A stretch of DNA of 62,645 nt, filler included, from Rhabdomonas costata (GCA_019059605.1; 34 parts of 34 records of this genome joined end to end with filler, not necessarily neighbours in it); one strand, 5' to 3'. Numbered from the whole stretch's first letter, positions 37,385 to 50,103 are shown. Notes: a model not told the origin generated them from the letters alone. Numbers and translations: made by a program.

Positions 37385-38620
37385 CTTGGGATGGAACAAG
37401 CATGGGCTTGAGCTTCTCGAAGTCAGGCACGTTATTGCGGAGGAAGAGGTAGGTGACCTGAATGAAAAGCAATGGTGGGTGAACAGGGCAGCAGCCGACA
37501 ATCGGTGCGTGCACAGCATGGTGGCCCTCCGTAGACGAACTTCTCCCCGCACTTCGATGCGAGCGCCGTGAGGATGCAGTAGGTGCGGGGGTGGGGGCGT
37601 TCAAAGAAAGGAGAATTGGGGCCGGATTGAATGTTTCATATCTTCGCACTGGTCCACGACGCTCAGAAACCAAGCCTGTTATGAGTTTACGCATGCAGTG
37701 CACCTGACGAGTCCTTCTTTTGATGTTCGCCTTGTTTTGTTTTAAGAGCAATGGACGCATTGGTCACACCTCGTCGCTCCAGCGGTAGTTGTCAAAGCAG
37801 ACCACGCGGAAGTCACACTTCGTGCACCGGAGTGTGTCGCATCTCCTGACATGTATGTGTGTGTGGGTACAGGCAAATGGACAGTTGAGCCATGCTCTAA
37901 GTCCTGTTAACGATCCGCTTTTGTTGTTCCTTCGCCGAGCTGGGCAGAGAGAAAATGAGAAAGACAAAAGGGACCAGGCATGGCCTCAACGGCAAGGAAT
38001 GTCTGGTCTGGAAAAACGTACAGGGCACACATTCCCTCTGCACAAAATTTAAATTTCCTTTTTTCTGTTTCTCTTTTCCTCGCCACACAATATTTTTGGG
38101 AAGGGAACCCCAAAACAATGCACCACAACATGCACCGCCCAATACAACGCACTTGTCGATGAGGGCAGACCCACAACAGCCGGAAGGCCAACTGGGGCCC
38201 CCAATCTTCAGAGCACCGCACCTTTTTCGGAGGTGGGGGGAGGGGGTGAGAGAGAAAATTCCTCGCGGCGCATATTAATGCGACACACACCTGGCAGAAC
38301 AATCGTGAGCACGGAGAGCAATGCATCGATAGCACGCGCGAGATTTTCAACGGCGGAAACATTCTGCTGTCATTCGTTTTTTCAGTTACGACTGGATTGA
38401 CAAACTTCCCTTCGTGAAAACTTAATCTGGAGCTGCATTTCAACACGCACAGGACAACACCATAAAAAATACAGGGAATGACAAGAGCGGCTCGCCCCAA
38501 ACAAAACCCCAAAGGCCAAAGTCCGTCTTGAGTTACCTTGTTGGTCTCTGCACTGACAAGGAGACGCCATCGCGGTCGAGGGAGGAAGAGGACCCAGGGA
38601 GGCCACCCAGTCCCTCCTTG
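37385..38620 (-). CDS. CFAP418: CFAP418/C8orf37 homolog; exons 38620-38537, 38221-38153, 37845-37770 and 37457-37385
   Basis: Spliced CGALKIGG...K|RCDTLRCTKCDFRVVCFDNYRWSDE|VTYLFLRNNVPDFEKLK. Confidence 0.92.
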
Positions 38621-39229
38621 CTGGAAATCACGACCCCCACACCCACACCCATATACGAAGACATTCTTAGCGACTTACAACAACCCNNNNNNNNNNNNNN
38701 NNNNNNNNNNNNNNNNNNNNNNNNNNNNNNTTAATTAATTAANNNNNNNNNNNNNNNNNNNNNNNNNNNNNNNNNNNNNNNNNNNNTTGGTGTGGTTGTA
38801 GTGCGCTTGTGCTCGCTCTCAGGTCTTGTGGCAGGGTTGATTCGATTTTTCTCCCACGGAAAGCTGCATTTATTTCTTTGACTCGAATCCTCACTGCGAT
38901 CACATTTTAGATTGAAATGGTCATACAAATTGGTGCGAATATGTTGCAAATATACTCTGCAAGCCGCAGGACTGTCTTTGCGCGTTTACAAGTGGTCGCC
39001 CAGTATCTGTAACCACATCTCCTGTGGAGTGAGGAGTATTTCCGCTTTTGACATCTGTTGACTTCCACCAAACAATTCGAGGTTGGCCCAGGTTGTCCTG
39101 GTGCATGCAGTCTTTTCTCTTTAGACACGTCCATGGGAATGGAAAAAGGTGTGGCATCCTGTTCAATTCGCCACAAGACAAACATATCTGTCCTTTCAAG
39201 GCAGAGGGGCTCAGGGAATTTGCACACGT

Positions 39230-39345
39230 TCACTTCTCTCTTGCCAGGTCACTCTCCGCTCTTCTCCGCTGCGTCTGTGTCCTGACTTCCCTACTCCTCT
39301 TCAACCCCTCGTCTCTACCAAGCTAAAAAGCGCACTCCTCCCAGA
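39230..39345 (+). promoter_or_regulatory. Long pyrimidine tract and AG sites just upstream of the FNT ATG (cis- or trans-splice acceptor candidate)
   Basis: ~90-nt C/T-rich tract, then AG sites near 39322 and 39344, with the ATG at 39357. Confidence 0.45.
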
Positions 39346-39356
39346 AACTCGCGCCG

Positions 39357-39776
39357 ATGTTCAGCCGATCCGCCACCGCCTGCTTGGCGACGCTTCTCCG
39401 GGCTTCCTCCCGCCCCGCACCATTCTCCGCATCCCGAATGATGTCCACCAGGCTGGTCCGGCCCATGGCACTTCCCCGTCATGGACTTGGCCCGGCCATG
39501 GGCTCCTTCTCCGGGCTCAAGCTCGCCCCTGCCCGCTCCCTCCGCGGGTACGCCGAGGGCTCGCCTCAGGCGCATAATCCTGCCCCGGCCTTCTCGCCGC
39601 ACCCGGGCGCGGTGGCTGCCCCGGTTAGCACGGCGACGATGCTTCAGCCCGATGCGGTGATCATTAACATCAGCGCCAAGGGGGTGTACATGGGGCACCT
39701 GTCGGTGTCCCGGATGCTCGTGGGGAGCTGGATGGCTGGGGTCTTCCTGTCCTTCGGGTGCTCCTTGATGGTGCAG
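39357..39776 (+). CDS. Formate-nitrite transporter (FNT) exon 1 with a mitochondrial-type presequence
   Basis: R/S/A/L-rich, acid-free N-terminus, then PDAV...KG....MLVGSWMAGVFLSFG (FNT TM1); CAG|GTAAAG donor. Confidence 0.88.
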
Positions 39777-40094
39777 GTAAAGTCAGGAGTTGTGAGGTGC
39801 CGTGGAGAATTTGCGAAGGCGGCGACAGTTACCATTGGTAACGGAGACCAGTCCGCGATGCAGCCTGAGTGAGTGGCTTGGGCGGGAATGTGACCTGGGG
39901 GCTTTCAGAAGTTTTGTTGATTTATTTATGTATTTAGAAGAATATACTCCCATAGAAAAAACTGTTGTCAGTGGCAATTGTTGCCAATCCAACCCGCAAA
40001 GCACCCTTGTGAAGGATGTGTTGAGAAATGGGGATGGGATGAGGCGGGGCAGTTGTTGGTTCACCCCCACCCCTTCTTACTCCTGTGCACCCAC

Positions 40095-40204
40095 CCGGTC
40101 AGCAGGTCAGCCCCGTGCCATGTAATCAGGGTGAGGCCAACAGGGAAAACGAGAGCACCCAGGAACAGGTGAAGCCCTGGGACCGCGAACGGAATCCCCG
40201 CAAC
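40095..40204 (-). CDS. FNT exon 2, inverted relative to exon 1
   Basis: VAGIPFAVPGLHLFLGALVFPVGLTLITWHGADLLTG (FNT FPxGL...GxxLxTG signature); CACAG acceptor, GTGGG donor, phase 0 start. Confidence 0.88.
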
Positions 40205-40894
40205 CTGTGGGATCGAAAAATGGCAGGGGCAGTGCCACCACACAGTGAAAAGTATCAGCGGGGCTCTCGAGCGCACCGTGGAGTGGGGGAACCCGCACGC
40301 ACAACGGACGGAATTGCACTCTATGCAATGCTTCCCTTTCCCGCACGGCAGCCAGGTGCAAATCACAGTAGCGGAGCCATGACCGCAAGATGAACCATCC
40401 CGCCGAAACAGTGGCAGATGATCGCACCACCAATCGGCTTATCAGCTCGCAGATGCCAGAAAACTCTGCCCACGCAGCAAGAAGCTCTTTTCTGAACAGT
40501 GACATGACAGCGACAGCACACCACAACNNNNNNNNNNNNNNNNNNNNNNNNNNNNNNNNNNNNNNNNNNNNTTAATTAATTAANNNNNNNNNNNNNNNNN
40601 NNNNNNNNNNNNNNNNNNNNNNNNNNNGGGTTGGGTGGGTGATACCCACCAACATAACCACCCACAGGTTATGTTCAGTGTGACGAGGTGAAGTGTTCCG
40701 TCAGGTGCCAGACAGACGTTCAACCTGAGTCAACCGGATCCAGTCAACTAGACCATTGCTGCTGTCCATGTTCTGCGTTCGAACACGCAGAAAGCGACCA
40801 CTACCAAACGGTTATGAAAAGACGGGAAAAAAGGTCCAAAGAAGGGAAGAATAACGTTTGGCAACTGAAACGAAAAACAGAAACCAACAGAAAC

Positions 40895-41261
40895 CAGTGC
40901 ATATGTTGGACGTCGAAGCGTACATCGCCACCTGATTCGTCCCGTCCATGATGTATGTCAGAAAGTCTTCTACTCGCCCAGAGGCCGTCGTACAGGCCAG
41001 CTTCAAGTAGCTCACCGCGACGCTTTGAATCACATCCTCGCTCCACGCCTTGGTCACGCCAAACGTCAGCCCACCGACCAGCCCAAGCGAGAGCGTCGAC
41101 AGGCCTACCAGAAGGAACCAGATCGGGAGCTGGCAGCGCTTAGGTTGAGGGCACAGCCGGGGAAGCCTGGTGCGGGTGCAGGGGAAGCATGAGCAGCAGC
41201 AAAGGCTGTGCGACGTGCGGGTGACGTCGGCAGGCTCAGGCGAAGGTACGGATGGCCTCAT
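40895..41261 (-). CDS. N-terminal TM exon of a probable membrane sensor (cyclase/kinase-like architecture)
   Basis: QLPIWFLLVGLSTLSLGLVGGLTFGV followed by an amphipathic helix (EDVIQSVA..L...RVEDFL). The family is inferred. Confidence 0.55.
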
Positions 41262-42470
41262 TGAGTGCAAGAGAGCCTGTTCTTGAGCAGTGAGTTGAGG
41301 GTTTGCAAAAGAGATGGATTGGCGAGGAACGCGAAGATGTTGCAGGAGAAACGAAAACTGGAAACGGGAGGGTTTGAAGAAGACGAGGCTGGCAGCAGCT
41401 TTAATAAACACCTTAAACCATCGTACTAAGCATTCCATCTTCTCCAAGCAACGGCTACACCGTCGCCGACTTTATGAAACGCACGATCCCGCTGAGTCGA
41501 ACCAATGTCAAATTGGAGGCAGCCATGTAGTGGTGAGGCCAGGTGGGCCGGGGGCGGCGCAGCCGTGGAAGTAACCTTTATTGCACTGGAGCTCCGCATG
41601 TTGGGTTGCCTGGCAAACACCCCTATTAGAGCAAAAGAAAACGATGAGCATTATGGTCAGGGTTAGGTTTCCACAGGTTTCCACAGAATGGGTTGGAGCG
41701 GAGCGCATACAGCGGGAGCATCCAACATGTTTCCCTTTTCCACCACGGGGAACCAAGTTCCAAGGTTAGAGGTTCCCAGGTTAGGCAATGCCGTGGCGCA
41801 TGTGCTGGATGGGTGGGACATTTTTTTGGGCAAGCTTTATCTGAAAAAGTAGGAGCGGAGATCACATACAGGGTGTGATACACGTTTCTTCTCCGATCGC
41901 TAGCACGATCAGGCCCAACCCATCAACCCATCCAGGCCGAGGTGTATTTTCCAACGTCTGGGGCACCGCACACTGTCACGGGTGACGTCGGCAGGTTGTA
42001 AACCGTAAACTGAACTTTTGCAGTCGGAAATGCTATCGTTGAACGCGAACCCACTCATGATTAATGCTATAAAAAAAAGTAAACAAAAGGCATGTATCCG
42101 AGTGTGAAAACCCATCCCATGTTTTTCATTATTGGCCTAGCTATCAGGAACTGAAATCACCCTTGGTGTGATTCCCCCAACAACAACCGATAGACCTGAT
42201 GCTCTACGGTGTACCAGTTAACTAGTGAACCCAGCTGAAGCCGATTGTAGCCGAGTCCCAACTACAAAACGCTTAAACGTTACACCGTAAAACATAATGT
42301 CAAGCAAGGTCAGCGAGCAAGAGTGACAAAAAAAAGGTGGAAACCTATATCACACAAAGGTCCTCAACAANNNNNNNNNNNNNNNNNNNNNNNNNNNNNN
42401 NNNNNNNNNNNNNNTTAATTAATTAANNNNNNNNNNNNNNNNNNNNNNNNNNNNNNNNNNNNNNNNNNNN

Positions 42471-43828
42471 CTGACTGAGGCGCAGCCGTGTTTGAGTCCG
42501 TCTCGCAAAGCAGTAGCTCCGCCGCGGCCATTGCCGCGCTGGAGCTGCCAAGCTCCGACGATCCACCCGTCAGCTCCGAGGAGGACGCCGAGCTGGCTAC
42601 CACGGTGGCACCGACACCGGGATGCCACACCGAGCTGGCGCGCCGCGCGCTGTCCATCTGCCGAAGGTGGGCCTTGTGGGCCCGAACCTCCTGTAAAGAA
42701 AAGACGGGGAGGGTGCTACGGGCAGCGGAATGGAGAGCAATGCACCAATGCAGCGAGAAAAAAAACAGGGGTAAAAAACTTGGCGTACGCGTTTGGAGAC
42801 ACCGTCCCCATGTACGGCGCATTTTACGACGGGCATCTGCGATAGAGGGTAGGTAGCATGCCCTGACACCACCTGGTACCCCTCACCTTACGCCCTCTCT
42901 TACACCCCATCTTGCATCCCCAAGCTGTGCTGCATTGAGGGCTTGTGTCGCGCAAACAGTGGAATGCGGCGGGTGTCTGGGTTGTAAGCGTGAGTCACTG
43001 CCCAAACCTTTCGCATGGAGCGGGCGTGACTGCTGCTGCGCTTCAGGGAGCTCCGCGAGCTAAACGACGCCACGCTTTCCGCAGGCCCGCGGCTGCGCGC
43101 CGTGCCCTGCACGGAGGATCGCTCGGTCTCCGCCAGGAGGTCAAAGCTCGCCTGTGGGCCATCCGTCAGCCCCGCCGCGGTGACCACGTTGGTCGCGGTA
43201 CTTGGTGATTGGTCGCGGTGGGTGGTGATTTGCAGCCCGGGCACCACCGAGTGAATCGCGGGCGGAGAAAAGATTCCACTCATGTACCGCACCGACTGGG
43301 GCTCCGCCTCCGCCCCTCTGGAAAAAATACCATGGTGCAACAGCCACTAACTCACGGAAAGGAACCCGCGATAACGCGGCTGGCCCCATGTCAAAACAAA
43401 AGCGTTCAATGCTTTTGAGTGACAAAATACAGAACAAAAAACCTACGGCAGGTGGCCCCGACCCGCTCGGACAATGGGGATGGTTTGTCATTTCCGGACA
43501 CAGTGGTGCGTTGTAATTCTGATTTTTTGCCGTTGTCAAAGAAAGCGATCACACAGGGGTCACCCAGAGACTGTTCTCGCCTGATCCATCCATCCATCCA
43601 TCCATCCATCCACACACACACACACACACAGGGCAGACATGGGTAGGGCGGTAGGGCACACAATGACCTGGCCTCAGTGCCAGCGACCGGGGGCTTGGGG
43701 GAGACCACGACCGGTGGCTTGTGATAAATAACCGATAGTGAGTGCGGGGAGGCCGGGGGCAGCGCCGAGGGCCCAGAACCGTCGCTGCCACTGTACTGCC
43801 CCGCGGAAGTCACTTCGCCAGCCTCCAT
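42471..43828 (-). CDS. Ser/Ala-rich multi-exon gene fragment, unknown; exons ~43828-43673, ~43152-43008 and 42690-<42471
   Basis: GC-rich open blocks with CAG acceptors; RSMRK|EVRAHK joins in frame. Confidence 0.55.
43584..43629. repeat. (CATC)n/(CA)n compound microsatellite
   Basis: Visible directly. Confidence 0.95.
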
Positions 43829-44313
43829 CTGCGAGACGTGGCGATTGAGAGCACAAGCTTCCCGTGCACATCAACACACACCGTGGCAGCAACTGACGAG
43901 CCATCGTCCACCAAACCCAAAAAAAAGTGAGTGCGGGGAGAGGAGGAAGTGGAGGGGGTCAGGTACTTCGCCAGAGGGCGCCATGGGGTCGTCCACCACA
44001 AGCACGGGGTTCAAAATAAACGGGTCCCTCAAAAGGCTGTCACAGGATGGCCGCTGGTCCGGATCCCGGATGAAGCATCCCTCTGTGTGCGGGCATGGTG
44101 GGCAATGTGGGGGAGCAATCTCTCAGGCAATGGCTCAGGTCAACCCACCGAAAGTGCACAAAAGGCCATCGTTGGGTCCTGAAGTCAGCCTCACGAAATA
44201 CACCCCACCCCCCNNNNNNNNNNNNNNNNNNNNNNNNNNNNNNNNNNNNNNNNNNNNTTAATTAATTAANNNNNNNNNNNNNNNNNNNNNNNNNNNNNNN
44301 NNNNNNNNNNNNN

Positions 44314-44557
44314 GGGTGCGAGCCCGGCCCTACCACGGTGACTCTGTCGCGCAGTACCCATCCTCCTCCCATTCCTCCGCAGCCTTGGGGTACCTCCCCC
44401 AAGCGTCGGTGGGCTACCCAAGTGGCGGCGGGGGTGCAGGGGACGGGATGGACCCTGCGAAACTGTTTGTGGGGGACATCCCTGCAACCGCAGATGAGCA
44501 GTGGCTGGTGGGGAAGTTCGGACCCTTCGCCCTCGAGGAGGTGGTCATTCTGGCGCG
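44314..44557 (+). CDS. RRM RNA-binding protein exon
   Basis: AKLFVGDIPATADEQWL..KFGPF (RNP2 plus helix 1); GT donor at 44558. Confidence 0.85.
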
Positions 44558-46249
44558 GTGTGTATGAGTGCGTTTCTGGGAAGGGGATCTGCAAGCATCC
44601 CGGGTACTTGAGAGTGGAGAGGGTCGGGCACTCGGAAAGGCTTTCCGCACGTGCAAAGGGGTCACAAGGGCCATGAAGCGGCAGATCCCAAGGGTGAAGT
44701 GCGAGGTGCAATGAGAAAGAGAAACTATTTCGAATATTTCGATGCCACGCACACATACCCGTAGTATCCGAGCGTTTTTTTACATAGGTATGTACGATTA
44801 ATTGGTTTTCAAACTGGCGAACCCATTGGGGGACGGCTCCCACCGGGTCGCTTTTTTCAGATTTTGTTGTTTACCGTTGCCGAGTATGTCCACCACCCGC
44901 AAATTATAAAGCAGGTAACACCCCAAAAGAGAGAGAACTGAGAGTAAGAGAAGCGAAACGAATTCCGATTCGAAGGTATTTGCTGGTGACTTTCAACCAC
45001 TGGCTATTTTGATGTGGGTCATGTTGGTTTGACCGATGTTTCGAGGTTCTGGGTTTACGGTGCAACCTGCAAAAAGTGTGGTGCAGGGGGTAGGGAAGGG
45101 CCTCCCACCACCATTCTGCTTTTGAGAAGGAGGATTTGTATGTCGCCGCGGGAGGGGCGGTTGCACCTTCTCCCATCCCCAAGAACCCCCACCACCAGTA
45201 AATCCCGTCTCCCATTCCGTTCCTGTCATCTGTTGGGCGCCAGTGTCCTGTGTCCTGTGTGCTCTCAGGCGGGGTCGCAATGGCACGCGGTGTGAGTTTG
45301 TAAGGTTCCAGAACCCCGCGGAGGCTCGGCAGGCGATGCAGGTGGCTATGTCCCGCCTACCCTCCCTACTGCCTTTCTAGGTGTTGTTGTTTGCGCCGAA
45401 CACTGAGCAACTTTGTTAGGTATTCTCCCAACAAGTTTAAGTTGCCCTTTTCTTGAGATGTATTCGTTATAACTTTTTGTGTGTGATCTTTTCACTTCTT
45501 GGGATGGAGATGTATATGTGGGGGAGAGCAATGAGGCTGCTGTGGCTTCTGAGATGTAATATCGTGCCAGGGTAAGACCTGCGCTGTTCCGAAAATGACC
45601 CGTTTTTTCCCGTTTCTATTTTCCTTCGTGAAGTTCAACACCGCTGCCCCTATTCCCTCCAGTCCTTTCTTTTTCTCTCATCTCACCCCCCCTCACTGTG
45701 ACTTCAACCACAAATGGATAGGCTCTGCAAGGCGTGGACAGCCTCACCATCGATGTGGCCGGCAGGAAGAAAGGCGTCACCCCCACTCCAGGACCCATGG
45801 TGAATCGCTTCCACACAGACGCCTCATTTAGCCCTTACTGATTGAGATGGGCAACCTGTCGGCGTTTAAATGGCGTGATTCGCATCGACCCTGGCCATTT
45901 TCCAATCATCGGGGAATCATCCGTTGTCGGCGTTTTCCCCATTACAGAGATCCGTGGAGGTTTATATCGGCAGTCCCATTTGCGGCACGCCCGTTTTGCA
46001 ATTCCGCTTTGTCTCACAACCCTATGAGGTTGTGCCCCTGCGAGTCCCCCACCACANNNNNNNNNNNNNNNNNNNNNNNNNNNNNNNNNNNNNNNNNNNN
46101 TTAATTAATTAANNNNNNNNNNNNNNNNNNNNNNNNNNNNNNNNNNNNNNNNNNNNTGTTGGTTTTATTGAACTGACAGTTTTACACTATTTTCAAATTT
46201 ATTTTAAACAAAATTCAACTGAAAATTTCGTTTTTAACTCAACTTTTGG

Positions 46250-46790
46250 CAATTAATGCCATAGCAAAAGTGTGTTACTACTGCAAGCCTCTAGTTAGAT
46301 GAAGTGATAGATCAGACATGGAAGAAACGTTAATTTACTACGTTTTATCTCACCGCAAATTTTATCAAATCCAATTTAAAACTGACGACATTGACAGCGC
46401 TGCGTTATAATCAAATACGTAACCTTTTAAAAAATATGCCGTTTGGCATTTGTAACGTCACCCTCACATTTCAGAGTACCGTAATTTTCACACCTTTAGA
46501 CCTTAATGTTTCAGAAGTCTATATTTAAAATGTTCTAATTTTTTAAACTATCTACAGATATCTGCACGTCAAGTCTGTAAACAATGTTAGGTAACAACGA
46601 ACTGTTAGCTAACAAGAAAAATGCTGCTTCTTCCAGAACGTCGTTAAATACTACGGGGTTTTTTCGGCCACACAAGTGTCCGTATGATGTCCGAGATGAT
46701 CTCTCCCGTTTGTATCATGTCAATATTGCTAAATACTACCGAGCTATTTGTCCATTACTACGCAAATGTAACTGCACCTTTACCTACGCA
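46250..46790 (+). mobile_element. Decayed Ty3/gypsy reverse transcriptase
   Basis: In order: LDEVIDQ, FYQIQFKTDDIDSAA (46360), MPFGICNVTLTFQ (46436), VYI*NVLIF (YxDD site, 46520), EKCCFFQNVVKYYG, and LYHVNIAKY..ICPL. Confidence 0.85.
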
Positions 46791-48428
46791 ATGAAAACAT
46801 ATCTCAAGTGGAGATTGCTGCCTTCTAAAAACTTAACCTCTACTACTGAGACAACCTGTTCTCGTCCTCAGTTACATTACACGTCCTCCACTGACTCGGA
46901 ATCGGACTGGACTAGTAGTGATAGAAGCCATATTGCAACATGACTAGAAATGTGACATCACATTTGCGGCTGTATGTAGCTCATAAAACTGGCAGTAAAA
47001 CATATTCGGTTTACTAGAAGGGAATTTTTGCACTGGTGGACTCTATAAAATTTTGCAGACACTATATATTAGTGCAGAAGTCCATGTCTACTCCTACAGA
47101 GCTTCTCTTTTATACCACAAAATACCCACGACACGCACCTCCTCAGATTCTCTGTATCAAAACCCTTCACTCACACACACACACACACCTGTGTGCGAGT
47201 GGTACAACCCGTCTCTCAGCGCTGACACCCACATGCTTGGGCGGTGGAGGGGCTGCCGCTCAAACAACGTGCGTTTGTCTTGGGAGGATAAGCGAAAGCT
47301 GCTGTCCGCAGCGTTGTGCAGGCTACACTTCAGCACTCTGGGATTCCTACTTCTTTTTCCTTTGGTTTTATGATCTGCTTTTGACTTCTATGTGTTGACG
47401 TCTCTGTGTTTCTTGTGGCAATTTGGCAATTTGCGGCGTATGCTTGTCACCGCACTTCCTTCCTTCCAGTGAGCCGTATGTCTCTGGAAACCACTTGGCG
47501 CCTGAAATCAAGGTAAGGTTTTCCATTTTTAAAGCCTTCCGCTCGAATGCTGTGAAGGGCACTTCTTTCATTGGCCATTCGAAGACCCTGGTTCTCGTAT
47601 TGCTAGTAGCTGTGATTCAGTGGTTCCCTTGTGGACGCTAAAGCACCCCAGCAGACCGTTTTTCAGATTCTCCCTTGCTAATGTACGTTACACCGTAAAC
47701 GCAGAACTGCACCATACGGTAACGTCAGCTTCGCCCTGGTGCTCCGTGTTGCGCTCCAAAAAGACGGAAGAACGGCTGGAAAATGAATGCCCAGTGTTGA
47801 CCGAGGCTCCACTTCCCCAGCAGGCAGTGTGCCAAGGAGGAAATTGACACCCGCCAGACACTGAGCTGCTCCTCACCTCCACCTACCCCCCACCCACAAN
47901 NNNNNNNNNNNNNNNNNNNNNNNNNNNNNNNNNNNNNNNNNNNTTAATTAATTAANNNNNNNNNNNNNNNNNNNNNNNNNNNNNNNNNNNNNNNNNNNNC
48001 TCGTCCTTCTTTGTTCTTCTTCGTTGTTTTTGCTTTGTTTCGTCTTTGTATGGTGTGTGTGCCCCAACCTGTACTGTTCTAAAGCTGTTCGGCTTTTCCT
48101 CTTTGAACTTTTCGCTCGACCTTCCCATGTCTTGCGCATGCAGAGTGCTCCATGGGTGACGAATCGGAAGCTGGTTCTGAGGTGTGACTTCGTGGACCAT
48201 TAGGCACGGGGCGTTGCCTTTGTCATATCTGAGTTCAGTTTCATTGTGGGGTGCCCCCCCCCCCCAATTGTGAATCAAGAGCCAAGGACCACCGTGAACG
48301 CACACCGAGAATGTTCTCGCGAACATTCACGTGCGGTTCGCAAAGGGGATTGTTCAGCTGAGTTGCAGGCATGCGGAAAAGGACCACCGTCCTCCGTGCG
48401 GTTCTTATTCCCAATTTCATATGCAATT

Positions 48429-48432
<4 letters not shown>

Positions 48433-48464
<32 letters not shown>
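48433..48464. repeat. (GT)n microsatellite
   Basis: About 16 GT units. Confidence 0.97.
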
Positions 48465-48466
<2 letters not shown>

Positions 48467-49858
48467 AAACGAAGGGTTGACCTTGGAAGCTATGGGTGTA
48501 ACTTTTAGAACCGTCCTTGATTTTGGGTGCTGATGTCATTGAATTCCTTCTTTCATTTTCTGAAGTCTTCTCTCGCCATATCAGGACTCCGTCAAGGCGC
48601 ACTCCGAGGACTGTAGGCCGGCGTCCCCCGTTTCTGCGACTCAGTTTCCCGCTCTGGTGTGGGATGCCCGCTTTTCCGTTTGCGGATGGCACCTCCCCAG
48701 CTTCTTCAGGAAGAAAAAGGCGCCTCCGGGCATTTCGAGCTGGCAAATACCATGTGAGGACCAGCCATCGATGGTGCGGTCGCTGTGCTCCTTCGGCTCC
48801 TTTGGGGCATGAGAAGTCTAGCCTTAGGCCAACAGAGAGTGCTTTTTATTAGATCGACTGAACTTTGGTGGGGGGGGGGCTCCATATTGCACGCGGCAGT
48901 CGGCTGGTGTGGGAGGAGTTGATGGAACAAAGAAACGTTTGGCCTTTTCCTTATAATTTCACAATTCAGGTAACCTGGACTTTTGCAGGTTTTCAGGAAT
49001 GCAAGGGCTTTGCGAGAGTGAGACAGCGGTCGTTGCAGCTGATGTGGCCTCTCCTGTACACGTTAGTCTGAAGACCTGGCCCACCTGCGGGAGTTCCTGC
49101 GGGACATGGGCAGCGTGGAGGAGGTCCACTTTGGAAGTTTTAGCTGGATAAGGGTATGTGCTCTTGCTCTGGCGCAAAAGTGTCACAAGAATCTCTCTCT
49201 GTATCCCACAATCATGCACTTGGACAGAAGAGCAACCGAAGAATTCCCGCCTCTGTCCAAATTTCCATACCAAGCCGGTTAAGCGCTGCGGGGATATTTG
49301 TTGGAAAATTATTCCGGTGGCAGCCCAGCCGATACAGTGTGGCGCTTCCACTTGGCCCTCAAGCATGCACACGCAAGCACAAGCACACACACATGTACAT
49401 GCAAATCACACACACATTTAAGCAAGACTGCCTTTTTGCGGAGACAAAAACACAACCACCTCAACAGGCAATCTGCAAAAAGCAACCTGCACAGAAGAAA
49501 CCGTTTCGGGGTTGTGCACAGCAGCCAGCAAAGAAAGGAAAAGAAAGGAGATACGAGATGGTAATGGACAGAAACAGTTCACCGACAGGGCACGCACTAC
49601 TGTGTGGAGGCCCCCACACACGCGCACACGCACACACACACATGGCGCCTTGGCGCGGTGTGCTGTGGCGTGTCCTTGTGCTGCTTGTTCTGCACACCTG
49701 TTGGTGTTTTGGCGCGTTCATGGTGCTGCTGTTCGTGCTGGACCACCCCCCCNNNNNNNNNNNNNNNNNNNNNNNNNNNNNNNNNNNNNNNNNNNNTTAA
49801 TTAATTAANNNNNNNNNNNNNNNNNNNNNNNNNNNNNNNNNNNNNNNNNNNNGGTGGG

Positions 49859-50014
49859 TTTTCTTTTGAAGCCCTGTGCCTTGTGATCCAGTTCCAGTCG
49901 ACATTCTGAGACAAAAGGTTCCACTTGCACGCATGCACAAACACATGCGCATAAGCTGCGGGACTAGACTGGGGACTGGAACTGGATCACAAGGCACAGG
50001 GCTTCAAAAGAAAA
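49859..50014. repeat. Fold-back inverted repeat at contig start (41-bp arms)
   Basis: 49859-49899 is the reverse complement of 49974-50014. Confidence 0.94.
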
Positions 50015-50103
50015 GCCGCCTCGTCTTGAAAGCCTTTTGGGGCATCACAACGCCGAGGGTATTGTACACAGTCAGTTATCACAACGCGGCGGAGATGTCC
50101 ATC

